Part shown: in pieces, positions 9,303 to 18,076 of the stretch
Layout: the number at the start of each line of letters is the position of its first letter
Position numbering within the stretch: the stretch's first letter is position 1
DNA from: a virus
Virus record (IMG/VR): IMGVR_UViG_3300031565_005154
Reading direction: 5' to 3' (one strand)
Length of the DNA stretch: 30,126 nucleotides
Made by a program: the position numbers and the translations under genes
The notes under the pieces: model-generated
The model's input: only the letters and a program-made list of their open reading frames with translations
The model's database searches: none
Told to the model about the DNA's origin: nothing

Positions 9303-11090
9303 CTACTCAACACCTTTCTCGTGTTCGGGTATATCGCACACACCACTTGGACAATCATTTACGGCTGCTTCTTCTATCGCATTTTCTAGATATTTTTGAG
9401 CTTCTGATGGAGAAATCAGAGTCAACGGAGATGTACCCCGACTACCATCTCTATATACAGTGATACCCTTGAGTTCTCTTATGTATTTGCTCATTTCCCT
9501 AGACAATTGCTCGACAGGATAGTCTGTTGGCAGATTGATCGTCTTGGAGATGGAATTATCTAGGTGTTTTTGACACACTGCCTGCATCATCAAATGAGCC
9601 TCTGGAGAAATATCATGAGCCCCCTGAAAATGCTTCACTGACCGACCACGCTGTAGAAACTGTTTCAGAAGCGGATGTATCACAACTTCCGATGCCCCGT
9701 TCCTTTTTTCGTCGTGCATGTCTTTATGCCGGTTAAATCTTCGCTTATATACTGGTTGAAATAACGGTTCAATTCCAGACGAACAACCTGCAACAATAGA
9801 TGTGGTCCCGGTTGGCGCGATGCAAAGCAGAGCGCAATTACGAAGACCATGTTCTTTTATTAATCGATGATGTCTTCGTCCAAGACATTTTTTAATAAAT
9901 CCGGTCTTAACGTGTTGATTTACATCGAACGCATGGAATGACCCCTTTTCGATGGCAATTGCAATACTGGCATGGTATGCCTGTTTTTTTACAAAGCCCA
10001 TAACTTTATCAACTACATCCCTTGCTGCTTGACTAGAGTATTTCAAACCAAGTTCTAACAACATATCGTGGAGTCCCATGACACCAAGACCAATCCTGCG
10101 ATATTTCTGACACGTTTCTTGAATAATTGGCATAGGGTAATTATTTTGATCCAAAACGTTATCCAAAAACCGCACACCTATTGCTATAGTTTCTTCTAAC
10201 ATATCCCAATCAATATCGCCGTCCGTAACATGAGTGTAAAGATTCACGGCACCAAGACAACAACAATCATATGGTGGCATCCAAATTTCACCGCAGGGAT
10301 TTGTACTCACCAAATCATGTCGATAAGAAATTGTGTTCATGGTATTGGCTAAACCTATATTTAACAATCCTGGGTCTCCACTTTCTAGGGCGTTTTTAAC
10401 AATCTTGTCCCAAATATCTTTGGCCGCGATCCTTCCTATTTCATCGCCTTGCCACTTGAAAATTACCTCTCCTTGTTCGTCTAGTAATTTTAAGAAGGTG
10501 TCATCTATACAAACTGAGATATTTGCATTGCTCAGTTCTTTTCTATCCAATTTTGCTTCGAGAAATTCTATTAAATCTGGATGGTCATAGTTGAGACAAA
10601 ACATTAAAGCCGATCTTCTACCTCCGCCCTCACGCAGTTCATTGCAGACAGCGTTGATTGCTCGCATAAGACTAACTGCGCCGGTAGCCTCACCTCCTGT
10701 ACCACGAATAAGAGTACCCTTTGGACGTATTCGTGAAAAATTGATGCCGACCCCACCACCGGTACCTGAAATGATAGTGACTGCTCTAAGTACATCTCCC
10801 CACCCTTCTCTGGAATCAAGGTCATCGCTCCATACAAAACAATTTAATAATTGCCCCCTTGGTCGTCCTGCTCCCCTCCAAATTCTTCCTCCAGGGGAAA
10901 AGCGATTTGTATCAAGAATATCCAAGAATCTAGAGAAGTATTCATCTCTCTTGACCCCCATCTCTGCATCTGCAATAAATCTAGCGACTCGTTCACAGGC
11001 TTGTTCAAACGTTTCTTCGGCGTGAATAGCATATCTATCACGAAAAATTTCAAACGCGAATCCTTGCGGCGAATACTTCTGAAGACCCAC
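9303..11090 (-). CDS. nrdJ: Class II (adenosylcobalamin-dependent) ribonucleotide reductase
   Basis: SPGGR, NCFV, GGGVG.NFS.IRP, TNPCGE, CCLG, RRIGLGVMG, IAPTGT, ISKTINLP, KGITVYRDGSR, terminal CPSGVC; no small-subunit gene nearby. Likely GTG start at 11090 after a GGGGGAG RBS. Confidence 0.9.
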   Translation of the reverse strand: MGLQKYSPQGFAFEIFRDRYAIHAEETFEQACERVARFIADAEMGVKRDEYFSRFLDILDTNRFSPGGRIWRGAGRPRGQLLNCFVWSDDLDSREGWGDVLRAVTIISGTGGGVGINFSRIRPKGTLIRGTGGEATGAVSLMRAINAVCNELREGGGRRSALMFCLNYDHPDLIEFLEAKLDRKELSNANISVCIDDTFLKLLDEQGEVIFKWQGDEIGRIAAKDIWDKIVKNALESGDPGLLNIGLANTMNTISYRHDLVSTNPCGEIWMPPYDCCCLGAVNLYTHVTDGDIDWDMLEETIAIGVRFLDNVLDQNNYPMPIIQETCQKYRRIGLGVMGLHDMLLELGLKYSSQAARDVVDKVMGFVKKQAYHASIAIAIEKGSFHAFDVNQHVKTGFIKKCLGRRHHRLIKEHGLRNCALLCIAPTGTTSIVAGCSSGIEPLFQPVYKRRFNRHKDMHDEKRNGASEVVIHPLLKQFLQRGRSVKHFQGAHDISPEAHLMMQAVCQKHLDNSISKTINLPTDYPVEQLSREMSKYIRELKGITVYRDGSRGTSPLTLISPSEAQKYLENAIEEAAVNDCPSGVCDIPEHEKGVE

Positions 11091-11725
11091 TAGCAGTCTC
11101 CCCCTTCTATACATATGTTGCCGATCTCGTCTTTACTGGCAAATTCCGGCTGATCGGCACTTGGTTGTTGTTTCAAATATGACATTATTGCAATTCTGAA
11201 CGGTTCTATTAAACGATTATAATATCGTTGGTGCGAAGCATAGGAACAAGAATCCGCAATACGCAATACAAACCAATTATCAATATTGTCTGGCCCGACG
11301 TTTGCGATAAATTTGCGAATTGATTTTTCTTGTGGTATTATTTTTATATCATACATATGCATACATATTAAACGCATAACACGATCGATAAAATACGAAG
11401 AAGCTCCCCATTTTTTTAGTGTTGTTTGAGCTATGCATGATGATTCTAGACTATGTCCAGGAAATCTGGGGAGAGATGGGTCATCTGTGGGTATTATATA
11501 TCCTTTCCCCAGGTCATGGAATAGGCCAGACAGCAAAGTGATGGGGTTCTTGATCGTCAGTATATCTATTACTGACATTGTGTGTCCCCATACTGATTGA
11601 TTATTGTGTTGTATAATAGTTTTACTTACCATTAATTCTGGAAATTCTATATTTGACGACTCCCAATAATCACTAGGCATTGGTGCGGCTTGCATACCAT
11701 TGATAATTTTATCTATTTGACTCAT
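11090..11725 (-). CDS. HD-domain protein (like the HD region of CCA-adding enzymes)
   Basis: VWGHT, LFHDLGK, FPGH, HM and IADS motifs. Confidence 0.8.
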   Translation of the reverse strand: MSQIDKIINGMQAAPMPSDYWESSNIEFPELMVSKTIIQHNNQSVWGHTMSVIDILTIKNPITLLSGLFHDLGKGYIIPTDDPSLPRFPGHSLESSCIAQTTLKKWGASSYFIDRVMRLICMHMYDIKIIPQEKSIRKFIANVGPDNIDNWFVLRIADSCSYASHQRYYNRLIEPFRIAIMSYLKQQPSADQPEFASKDEIGNICIEGGDC

Positions 11726-12582
11726 GGATAAGTTACCAGACTTTGATCAATAAATTCTCTTGCAGTTGTAATAGATATTGCGTGTGCCATATGGGTTATA
11801 AATTGACCGTTATTTGCCATAGAGACACTAAATGGAACACCTATCAGATAATAATGGCCGTCGTATTTCTTAAATAACCCACCGCCACTAGCGCCAGGAG
11901 CGATGTGCGCTGTATTCATGTATACTACCCACTCTTTATCGCCCGTGCTGCCTGTGATTATTTGTGATATGATACCAAAGGTCGGACTAGGGGCCGTACC
12001 TAGTTGACAACCAATTGTGAATATTTCATCAAAAACTCTGACCCGTTTTAGCATATCTTCATTGGCCATATTAGCGACGTAAAGTTCTCGATCATATACG
12101 AACGACAAGATTGCGATGTCATATAGTACGTTTTCTACAACTACCTTGGCGTTACACTCATCCCAGTCACTATCTGGATTATCAAATATGATAATTTGAC
12201 AACCAGTATCAACCGTGTTTATGACAATTTTCCCGGTGAGGGAATCTACGTCTTGCAGACGTGTCCTGAATCTGGAAGTGGTTACATGAGCATTTGTTAA
12301 CACACGATATTCAAACGTACCCTCTGTGTCAGTTTCACTGACATCAATAATTGTTCCAGAACCACGACCCCGATCGGTCGCCACCATAACAACAGTGTCT
12401 TGCATTTCACGTTGCTTTAACGCTATCTCGTCTATCTGTATTTCTTTGACTATTGTATCTTGGTCTGGTGGTTGAGCGGCCGATGGTATAATAGCTACCA
12501 AGCCGATACAAAGTAAACACAGGATAATCGAGGAAAAAAAAGGTATGCGGGACTTACGGTTATATGAATCACTCACGAACAT
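11722..12582 (-). CDS. Exported or membrane-anchored trypsin-like serine protease
   Basis: N-terminal hydrophobic segment; GSG, LTNAHV (His), DIAIL (Asp), PGASGGGL (Ser). Confidence 0.85.
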   Translation of the reverse strand: MFVSDSYNRKSRIPFFSSIILCLLCIGLVAIIPSAAQPPDQDTIVKEIQIDEIALKQREMQDTVVMVATDRGRGSGTIIDVSETDTEGTFEYRVLTNAHVTTSRFRTRLQDVDSLTGKIVINTVDTGCQIIIFDNPDSDWDECNAKVVVENVLYDIAILSFVYDRELYVANMANEDMLKRVRVFDEIFTIGCQLGTAPSPTFGIISQIITGSTGDKEWVVYMNTAHIAPGASGGGLFKKYDGHYYLIGVPFSVSMANNGQFITHMAHAISITTAREFIDQSLVTYP

Positions 12583-12628
12583 AGGGTTGTCCTTTTCTGA
12601 CTAGCAGTTTTCTGTCCCAAATCAATAC

Positions 12629-13084
12629 TTATACGGCAAATTCCCGTACGGCTTCAAGTGCTCCATTAATACCGGCCGAAATTATAGCCGCAATAGCCTC
12701 TTGATCTTCAGTTACATCAAGGTCCGCCGCCAGTAAATATCTCTCTAATATATCAATAATTGTTAGGCCATACACATGATATCTTGACGGCAGTTCTTTG
12801 CCCACGAGCGCCCTTGCTCCCGTAAAATCTGGCTGACCAGGTACGGCTAATAGGTCTTGCAGTGCTACTAAGTATCTTTCCACAATTGCTACGTCATACG
12901 ATGACATATCCGCTTCGGCCAAAGCTATTCTAGCAGCTAACTTAGAAAACATGAAGATGTTATCTTTCAGTTGTTCAATGTTCTGCTGCCAATTTTGACT
13001 ATTACCACCGCTTAGTGTAGCACAACCGCCCATTGGCATAGCCATAACCACTAACAATACCGATATGATCCACCACTTTTCCAT
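12629..13084 (-). CDS. Putative lipoprotein
   Basis: Signal peptide ending in MGGC; GGAGG RBS. Confidence 0.7.
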   Translation of the reverse strand: MEKWWIISVLLVVMAMPMGGCATLSGGNSQNWQQNIEQLKDNIFMFSKLAARIALAEADMSSYDVAIVERYLVALQDLLAVPGQPDFTGARALVGKELPSRYHVYGLTIIDILERYLLAADLDVTEDQEAIAAIISAGINGALEAVREFAV

Positions 13085-13149
13085 TTCACATCCTCCGATT
13101 TAACACCCAATCGAACTAACTTGTTGAAAGTTTATACACATTCGATGAA

Positions 13150-13476
13150 CTATTCTGATTGATCTCTTTCTAATCTTTCACGGCGCCTTTGTTTTGACTG
13201 CTTATTGTCAGCTTCCTCTTTTTGGCGACCAAATTTCCATGTGCGTTTTGGACGGCGATGATTGTCTTGTTTAGCGGTCGAATGATCTATCCGGTACATT
13301 TCTTGGCATTCTACTCGCCTAGTTTTAATATCCGTATGAATCTTGCGACACACCCCAGAACACTCAAGTCTATGCCCCCCACCACACGCACATAAATCTA
13401 ATCCCACTCGTCTTAGCAGTCGTTCATTTTTTCTGCGTTCTTTTTTATTTTTGTTATGACCCTTTTCATTTTCCAT
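13150..13476 (-). CDS. Hypothetical basic protein with Cys/His cluster
   Basis: 108-aa K/R-rich ORF, GGAG RBS, overlaps the sigma gene. Confidence 0.6.
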   Translation of the reverse strand: MENEKGHNKNKKERRKNERLLRRVGLDLCACGGGHRLECSGVCRKIHTDIKTRRVECQEMYRIDHSTAKQDNHRRPKRTWKFGRQKEEADNKQSKQRRRERLERDQSE

Positions 13477-13987
13477 AGTTTAACTCCAGCTTACATTTTC
13501 GTTGCATTTTTCTGATAGCCCTTGTTTTGATTCTGCATACAGTAGAAGGGACGATGCTTAAATCACCAGATATCTGCCTTACAGTTTTTTCATTAAAGAA
13601 AAGCTTTACGATAACTTGTTTTTCGCTCTCATCAAGACACTCAAGACACTCTCGTACCATTATGGGAGAATCCATATCATGACAAGGTCCAGCAACATGC
13701 GTCATTGAATCAGACGGTTTGGTTGGTATTCTTTTCGCCCTAAATTCCGCGTCTCTTATGTGCCTAAAAATATCGAATAGTCTACCATGGAAAAATGTCA
13801 TAAACGAACCACTACGATTATAACAAATCATGCACTTTAATAATTCTTCCAAAGCCCTAATTTTCAGTTCTTCTACTTGTGTTGAATGGACACCTACACG
13901 ATATGCCAATTTATGTATTAATGGTGTATATTGATGACGAGCCATATCAAAATACGCTTTAGTTATACGGCGTTGTTGTCGCATCAT
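13466..13987 (-). CDS. Small sigma-70 family RNA polymerase sigma factor (regions 2 and 4)
   Basis: Y.PLIHKLA...EEL...LLKC...Y...GSFMTF (region 2); L...EKQVI..LFF.EKT..QIS..L.I..STV.RIKTRAIRKM (region 4 HTH). Confidence 0.85.
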   Translation of the reverse strand: MMRQQRRITKAYFDMARHQYTPLIHKLAYRVGVHSTQVEELKIRALEELLKCMICYNRSGSFMTFFHGRLFDIFRHIRDAEFRAKRIPTKPSDSMTHVAGPCHDMDSPIMVRECLECLDESEKQVIVKLFFNEKTVRQISGDLSIVPSTVCRIKTRAIRKMQRKCKLELNYGK

Positions 13988-14637
13988 TTCTTAATACTCC
14001 TAGAAACAGATCGTTCCAATCTGGGTGTCCATATTCCATCAATTAAACCAATTTTAATCGCTTGCTTAGGAGACATCCATTTAGTTGTATTCATTAATTC
14101 TGTTAATTGTTTTGTCGTTAACTTTAATCTTTTTGCTAGATTGGCAACTTTTCTGTTACTGTCTTCTATAAGATAATTCATCATCGCGGTATGACGATCA
14201 ATAGAATCTGGTGGATTCTGAATGATAACAGAATGGAGCATAATTGATGAATTCGGCGTTGCATACCTATGTCCCTTTGTGCCAAACGCAGCGATCATAG
14301 CGCCCATTGAATGGCCTTGTCCACGAATAATAGTGTAAATGGGGTACCGACAAGCTAACATTTGATCTATAATGGCATACCCAGATGATAGACACCCCCC
14401 AGGACTATTGATATACATATATACGGGGTCTTTTGTTAATGAGAACAATTGCAAATAACTACAGATATAGGTGGATGATATTTCATTTATCTCGCCTACG
14501 ACCAACAAACGACGTGTTTGTAGTAGAAATTCGTCTACTAATTCGTCCAGTTGTATCGGAATTGCTATCCCAGTATCTTCTTCATGTTCCTCATGATGTT
14601 TGTAACTACCCTGTACTTTCTTCCCATTAAGCTTCAT
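13984..14637 (-). CDS. clpP: ClpP-family protease subunit
   Basis: MYINSPGG, SMGA, GTKGHRYATPNSSIMLH, WMSPKQAIKIGLID. Confidence 0.9.
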   Translation of the reverse strand: MKLNGKKVQGSYKHHEEHEEDTGIAIPIQLDELVDEFLLQTRRLLVVGEINEISSTYICSYLQLFSLTKDPVYMYINSPGGCLSSGYAIIDQMLACRYPIYTIIRGQGHSMGAMIAAFGTKGHRYATPNSSIMLHSVIIQNPPDSIDRHTAMMNYLIEDSNRKVANLAKRLKLTTKQLTELMNTTKWMSPKQAIKIGLIDGIWTPRLERSVSRSIKK

Positions 14638-15517
14638 ACTTTGCTCCTAAAGGGTGGCAACATTGGTGAATGTTTTTGAGTCGATCCAGGGTAGTTACTA
14701 AATATGTTTGAGTAGTTGATAAATTTTGATGACCCAATAAAACTTGGATTAATTCCAAATCCATTCCGCTGTTCATCAAAGACGTGGCGCAGCTTCTACG
14801 AAGCATATGAGCGGTAGTGTGTTTTATACCCGCCCGACGAGAAAGAGACGTGAGCATGTCGCTGACAGCCCTACGGGTTATTCTTTGACCATTGGTTGTG
14901 ACGAAAATAGCATTGGTTTCGGATTTGCGTTCCAAATCTATATATTCCATAATCGCTTGGGCACATCTGGGAGTAGTTGGTACTATTCGATCACAATTGC
15001 CCTTGCCCCTCACTCGTATTGTTCGTCGAGAGAAATCTATGTCATCCAAATTTAGACCACATAACTCAGACGCCCTAAGTCCACTATGATACAGTGTTAG
15101 TATAGTAGCGACATCGCGGCGAATGTTAGCTGTTCGCAATAAGGGCGTACGTTTCCCCACAGCAGAAATGAGAGTATCCACATCTTTAGAATCCAAGGCA
15201 TCTGACGTTCTCCTATCTATACGGATTGAATTAATCATACCAAGTATGTTGGAGTCTAGACGACCCATTCCTATGAGATGATGACACAGGCACCGAACCG
15301 ACATGCATTTTCTTCGTACCGTTGTAGATTTTAGACCACGTTGTTTCAGATGATTTACAAATATTTCTATAAGTTGGGCCGTCAAGGTTTGCGTCCCAAT
15401 AAAATCAAGAAATTCCTGAACATCTCTTTTATACGCCGAAAGCGTTTCCTGTGATAAGCCCAATTCTGTTGTGATGTATGTATCAAATCCATCCATGCTA
15501 TTATACCCATAACTCAT
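14627..15517 (-). CDS. XerC/XerD-like tyrosine recombinase
   Basis: LSQETLSAYKRD SAM-like domain; GLRASE, GKG, HMLR, LLGH and TTQTY catalytic motifs. Confidence 0.92.
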   Translation of the reverse strand: MSYGYNSMDGFDTYITTELGLSQETLSAYKRDVQEFLDFIGTQTLTAQLIEIFVNHLKQRGLKSTTVRRKCMSVRCLCHHLIGMGRLDSNILGMINSIRIDRRTSDALDSKDVDTLISAVGKRTPLLRTANIRRDVATILTLYHSGLRASELCGLNLDDIDFSRRTIRVRGKGNCDRIVPTTPRCAQAIMEYIDLERKSETNAIFVTTNGQRITRRAVSDMLTSLSRRAGIKHTTAHMLRRSCATSLMNSGMDLELIQVLLGHQNLSTTQTYLVTTLDRLKNIHQCCHPLGAKYEA

Positions 15518-15547
15518 TATTTTGTTCCATCTTTTTGATATTTTGTT

Positions 15548-17320
15548 TTATACCCTGGGGTATTTTGATTCGACTCCTTCTGTTCCATCCTCAAGCTTGA
15601 CTATACCTAGTCCATGGGCAAAAAGTGGGGCTTTATCTTGTAGGATGCGGCATATCTTGACAGCTAATTTTCTAATCTCGACATCCGCAGCGGGGTTGGC
15701 TCTAAGCTCAATCAGATGACGAATAGCCCTAGCGTTCATAGTGACAACTATCTTGGTTTCAGTAGCATTAGGAAGCACAGACCTTGCAGCCTGACGCGCC
15801 TTTTTTCGCCTTTCCAACTTACTTTCAATATCCACATACATATCTGATAGTTTGCTTGTCAGTTCTTCGTAAAGCGACCTTGACTGTTCGCAATGATCAA
15901 CCCACTTTTGATAAGCATTCTGGTCTATTTTAGCTAACTCCTGGATAGCGGGTGGCACTATGAAAGCTACACTGGACGAATCTACGTAACGCTGTGATAA
16001 TTGTGAATTGTGTGTAATAAACCCGTTAGCAACGAAATTATGACAATCGTGATCAACTTCTATATCGTATGTCATCTCTTTTCCGTCTGGCACTATAGAC
16101 CGAATGGGTTGCCAATCAATTGTATGTGTGAATTTTCCCATCATGGCGGCGTGTTTCGTTGTATGACAACTATTGCATAAAAATTCAATATTATTGGCAT
16201 CATTATTGTGAGTATTCTCATCTATATGATGACGGCATATATCTTCTTCGCTCCCGCATGTTTCACACGGCTTTATATCATAAAGTTTTTGTGCCCGAAA
16301 GCGTCCAGCTTGTTGGCTGGCTGCATCTCCCAACCATCGTGGATTTCCGCTCCCCATTTTCTTTTGGCTTAGAGTTTCACGAGTTTCCAGCGAATGATGC
16401 CAACCGGCGCAATATGTTTTATTTTTATTCCACGGTGTTTTTCCTATGCTCCAACTTCCAAAACTCTTTTGCAATTTATACTTCCTTATCCATGATCTAA
16501 TAGTATGGTGACTAACTCCTGCCAATTTAGCCATTTCTTTCTGTGATAAATTTTCATCATGATATTTACGTCTAAGCCACCCCATATCTTTATATATAGG
16601 TTTCCCGTTAATAGCCAATAATTCTCCGACAGAAAGTTCTTTTATGGATTTCCAAATATTTTTACCATTAATATTGGTTAAAAAGCGATGATCCTTGGAA
16701 CATCTAATCCATTTTCCGTCAGCCAAAGTAACTTTAACCAGTTGTTTCAATCCAGATTGTTGTACAGACTTAATATTTATAGGAATTATTTTTTCATTAT
16801 CAAAACACCTAATCAAAATGCGTTTTAATCTTCCTTTTCTTTTCTTATCTAGGGACCAGTCAAACAATTGTTTTATAGTCCATTTCTTAAGCATCCCCTT
16901 GAACCTGCCATGTATTCTACTTCCACTATGAATAACCGTATCACCAGCTAGGCAATAAGAAGCTATACGATGCCTAACTAGTTCGTGGGACAAGGAGCGA
17001 CTTATACCCCATATTGCAAAAGTGAAATTGGCGTGCTCTATACATGCGCCATGCTTCACCTCGATCAGATGTTTGATGTGGTCTTCGTGTGATCGTCCCT
17101 TCATTGTCTCGCCACGTTTTGGCCAACTTTGGTAACACATACGACCCGCTGTTTCCACGAGCCATTCTGCATCGTCATCCCCAAGTGATATCATTTGTTG
17201 TAATTTTTCTTCAAGTTCTGGCCAAGAATATCCATGTTCATCAAGGAATCTCATGACTCCATCGATTTCAAAAACTGGCTTTCCTATAAGTGCCACTTTA
17301 GGTTCATTCACAAAATTCAC
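15548..17320 (-). CDS. thyX: Flavin-dependent thymidylate synthase ThyX, intein-containing
   Basis: AGRMCY, EH..FTF, SRSLSHELVRHR-IASY/SQL-SQRY motif split by the intein; ARSVLPNATET, EIR. Likely GTG start at 17320 after AAGGAG. Confidence 0.93.
   Translation of the reverse strand: MNFVNEPKVALIGKPVFEIDGVMRFLDEHGYSWPELEEKLQQMISLGDDDAEWLVETAGRMCYQSWPKRGETMKGRSHEDHIKHLIEVKHGACIEHANFTFAIWGISRSLSHELVRHRIASYCLAGDTVIHSGSRIHGRFKGMLKKWTIKQLFDWSLDKKRKGRLKRILIRCFDNEKIIPINIKSVQQSGLKQLVKVTLADGKWIRCSKDHRFLTNINGKNIWKSIKELSVGELLAINGKPIYKDMGWLRRKYHDENLSQKEMAKLAGVSHHTIRSWIRKYKLQKSFGSWSIGKTPWNKNKTYCAGWHHSLETRETLSQKKMGSGNPRWLGDAASQQAGRFRAQKLYDIKPCETCGSEEDICRHHIDENTHNNDANNIEFLCNSCHTTKHAAMMGKFTHTIDWQPIRSIVPDGKEMTYDIEVDHDCHNFVANGFITHNSQLSQRYVDSSSVAFIVPPAIQELAKIDQNAYQKWVDHCEQSRSLYEELTSKLSDMYVDIESKLERRKKARQAARSVLPNATETKIVVTMNARAIRHLIELRANPAADVEIRKLAVKICRILQDKAPLFAHGLGIVKLEDGTEGVESKYPRV
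16007..16954 (-). mobile_element. Intein (316 aa) with HTH, NUMOD3-like and HNH endonuclease domains
   Basis: Starts CLAGDT, block B CSKDHRFL, ends TYDIEV...HNFVANGFITHN followed by Ser+1. Internal CETC...HHIDENTHNN..NNIEFLCNSCH (HNH). Confidence 0.92.
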
Positions 17321-17330
17321 TATTTTCTCC

Positions 17331-17687
17331 TTAAACAAAATCAATTACAAAACCATCAATACATGGATGTAATTCTATTGCGTTTACCATTACTTTGCTT
17401 AGACCATTTAATCCATCTGTTAAATATCTTTTGATTTTCGTCCTTTCTTTATTGGTAACACTATCATTAAAATATAAAGAAATATGAATAACTCTCTTGT
17501 CGTCTGGATCAAATTCTTCTACAATTTCTGCTATTATTTTTTTCCTACCCTTTGGGGTTTTGGTAAATTGTACAGTCCAATATTTCGTGATATAGTCTGG
17601 TTCGTTTTTTTCTTCAAAAATGAATTCTACCACGTTTCCATAAATTGTTTCACATATGTACTTATTGTTTGGTTGTTTTATTTTCAT
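17331..17687 (-). CDS. Hypothetical protein
   Basis: 118-aa AT-rich ORF, AAGGAG RBS. Confidence 0.65.
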   Translation of the reverse strand: MKIKQPNNKYICETIYGNVVEFIFEEKNEPDYITKYWTVQFTKTPKGRKKIIAEIVEEFDPDDKRVIHISLYFNDSVTNKERTKIKRYLTDGLNGLSKVMVNAIELHPCIDGFVIDFV

Positions 17688-17740
17688 ACTAACTTTACTC
17701 CTTTGATATAAACCATCATTCTATTGCATCCAACTTCATT

Positions 17741-18076
17741 TTATTCTCCTTTTGGTAGCGATAAAGCAAAATCCCTGACCCATGGTTCTTTGTTTATTAA
17801 TCTTGCTGCTGCCAGAGTATTCGTACGTGAATCTAATTCCCGATAAGATACAGGGACTTCAGGTGAAACATCTTCTATCATTCTTGTATAAATAAAACTA
17901 CACGGTGGATTTACCCAAAAGCGATACAACCTATTTCTAGAATTGTATATAGTTAATTCTTGTCTATACTCAATATGTTTGTGTTTCACCTTTTTTGTAA
18001 TAATATCAATGATATGTACATTCATTGGATCATTCAATAATTTGATTTGTTGTTGTTTTAATATTTCTTTATTCAT
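17741..18076 (-). CDS. Hypothetical protein
   Basis: 111-aa ORF, ATGA overlap with the brxL-like gene. Confidence 0.6.
   Translation of the reverse strand: MNKEILKQQQIKLLNDPMNVHIIDIITKKVKHKHIEYRQELTIYNSRNRLYRFWVNPPCSFIYTRMIEDVSPEVPVSYRELDSRTNTLAAARLINKEPWVRDFALSLPKGE

Noticed and set aside
13984-14637. ClpP as a prohead maturation protease
   Set aside because: No portal, terminase or capsid genes are adjacent, and the sequence is cellular-ClpP-like.
5502-15553. Recurrent GTATAA at gene ends (5502, 12629, 15548) and GTGTATAAA near 13135 as a phage promoter motif
   Set aside because: Three of the four are explained by a Val codon plus TAA; too few instances to support a motif.
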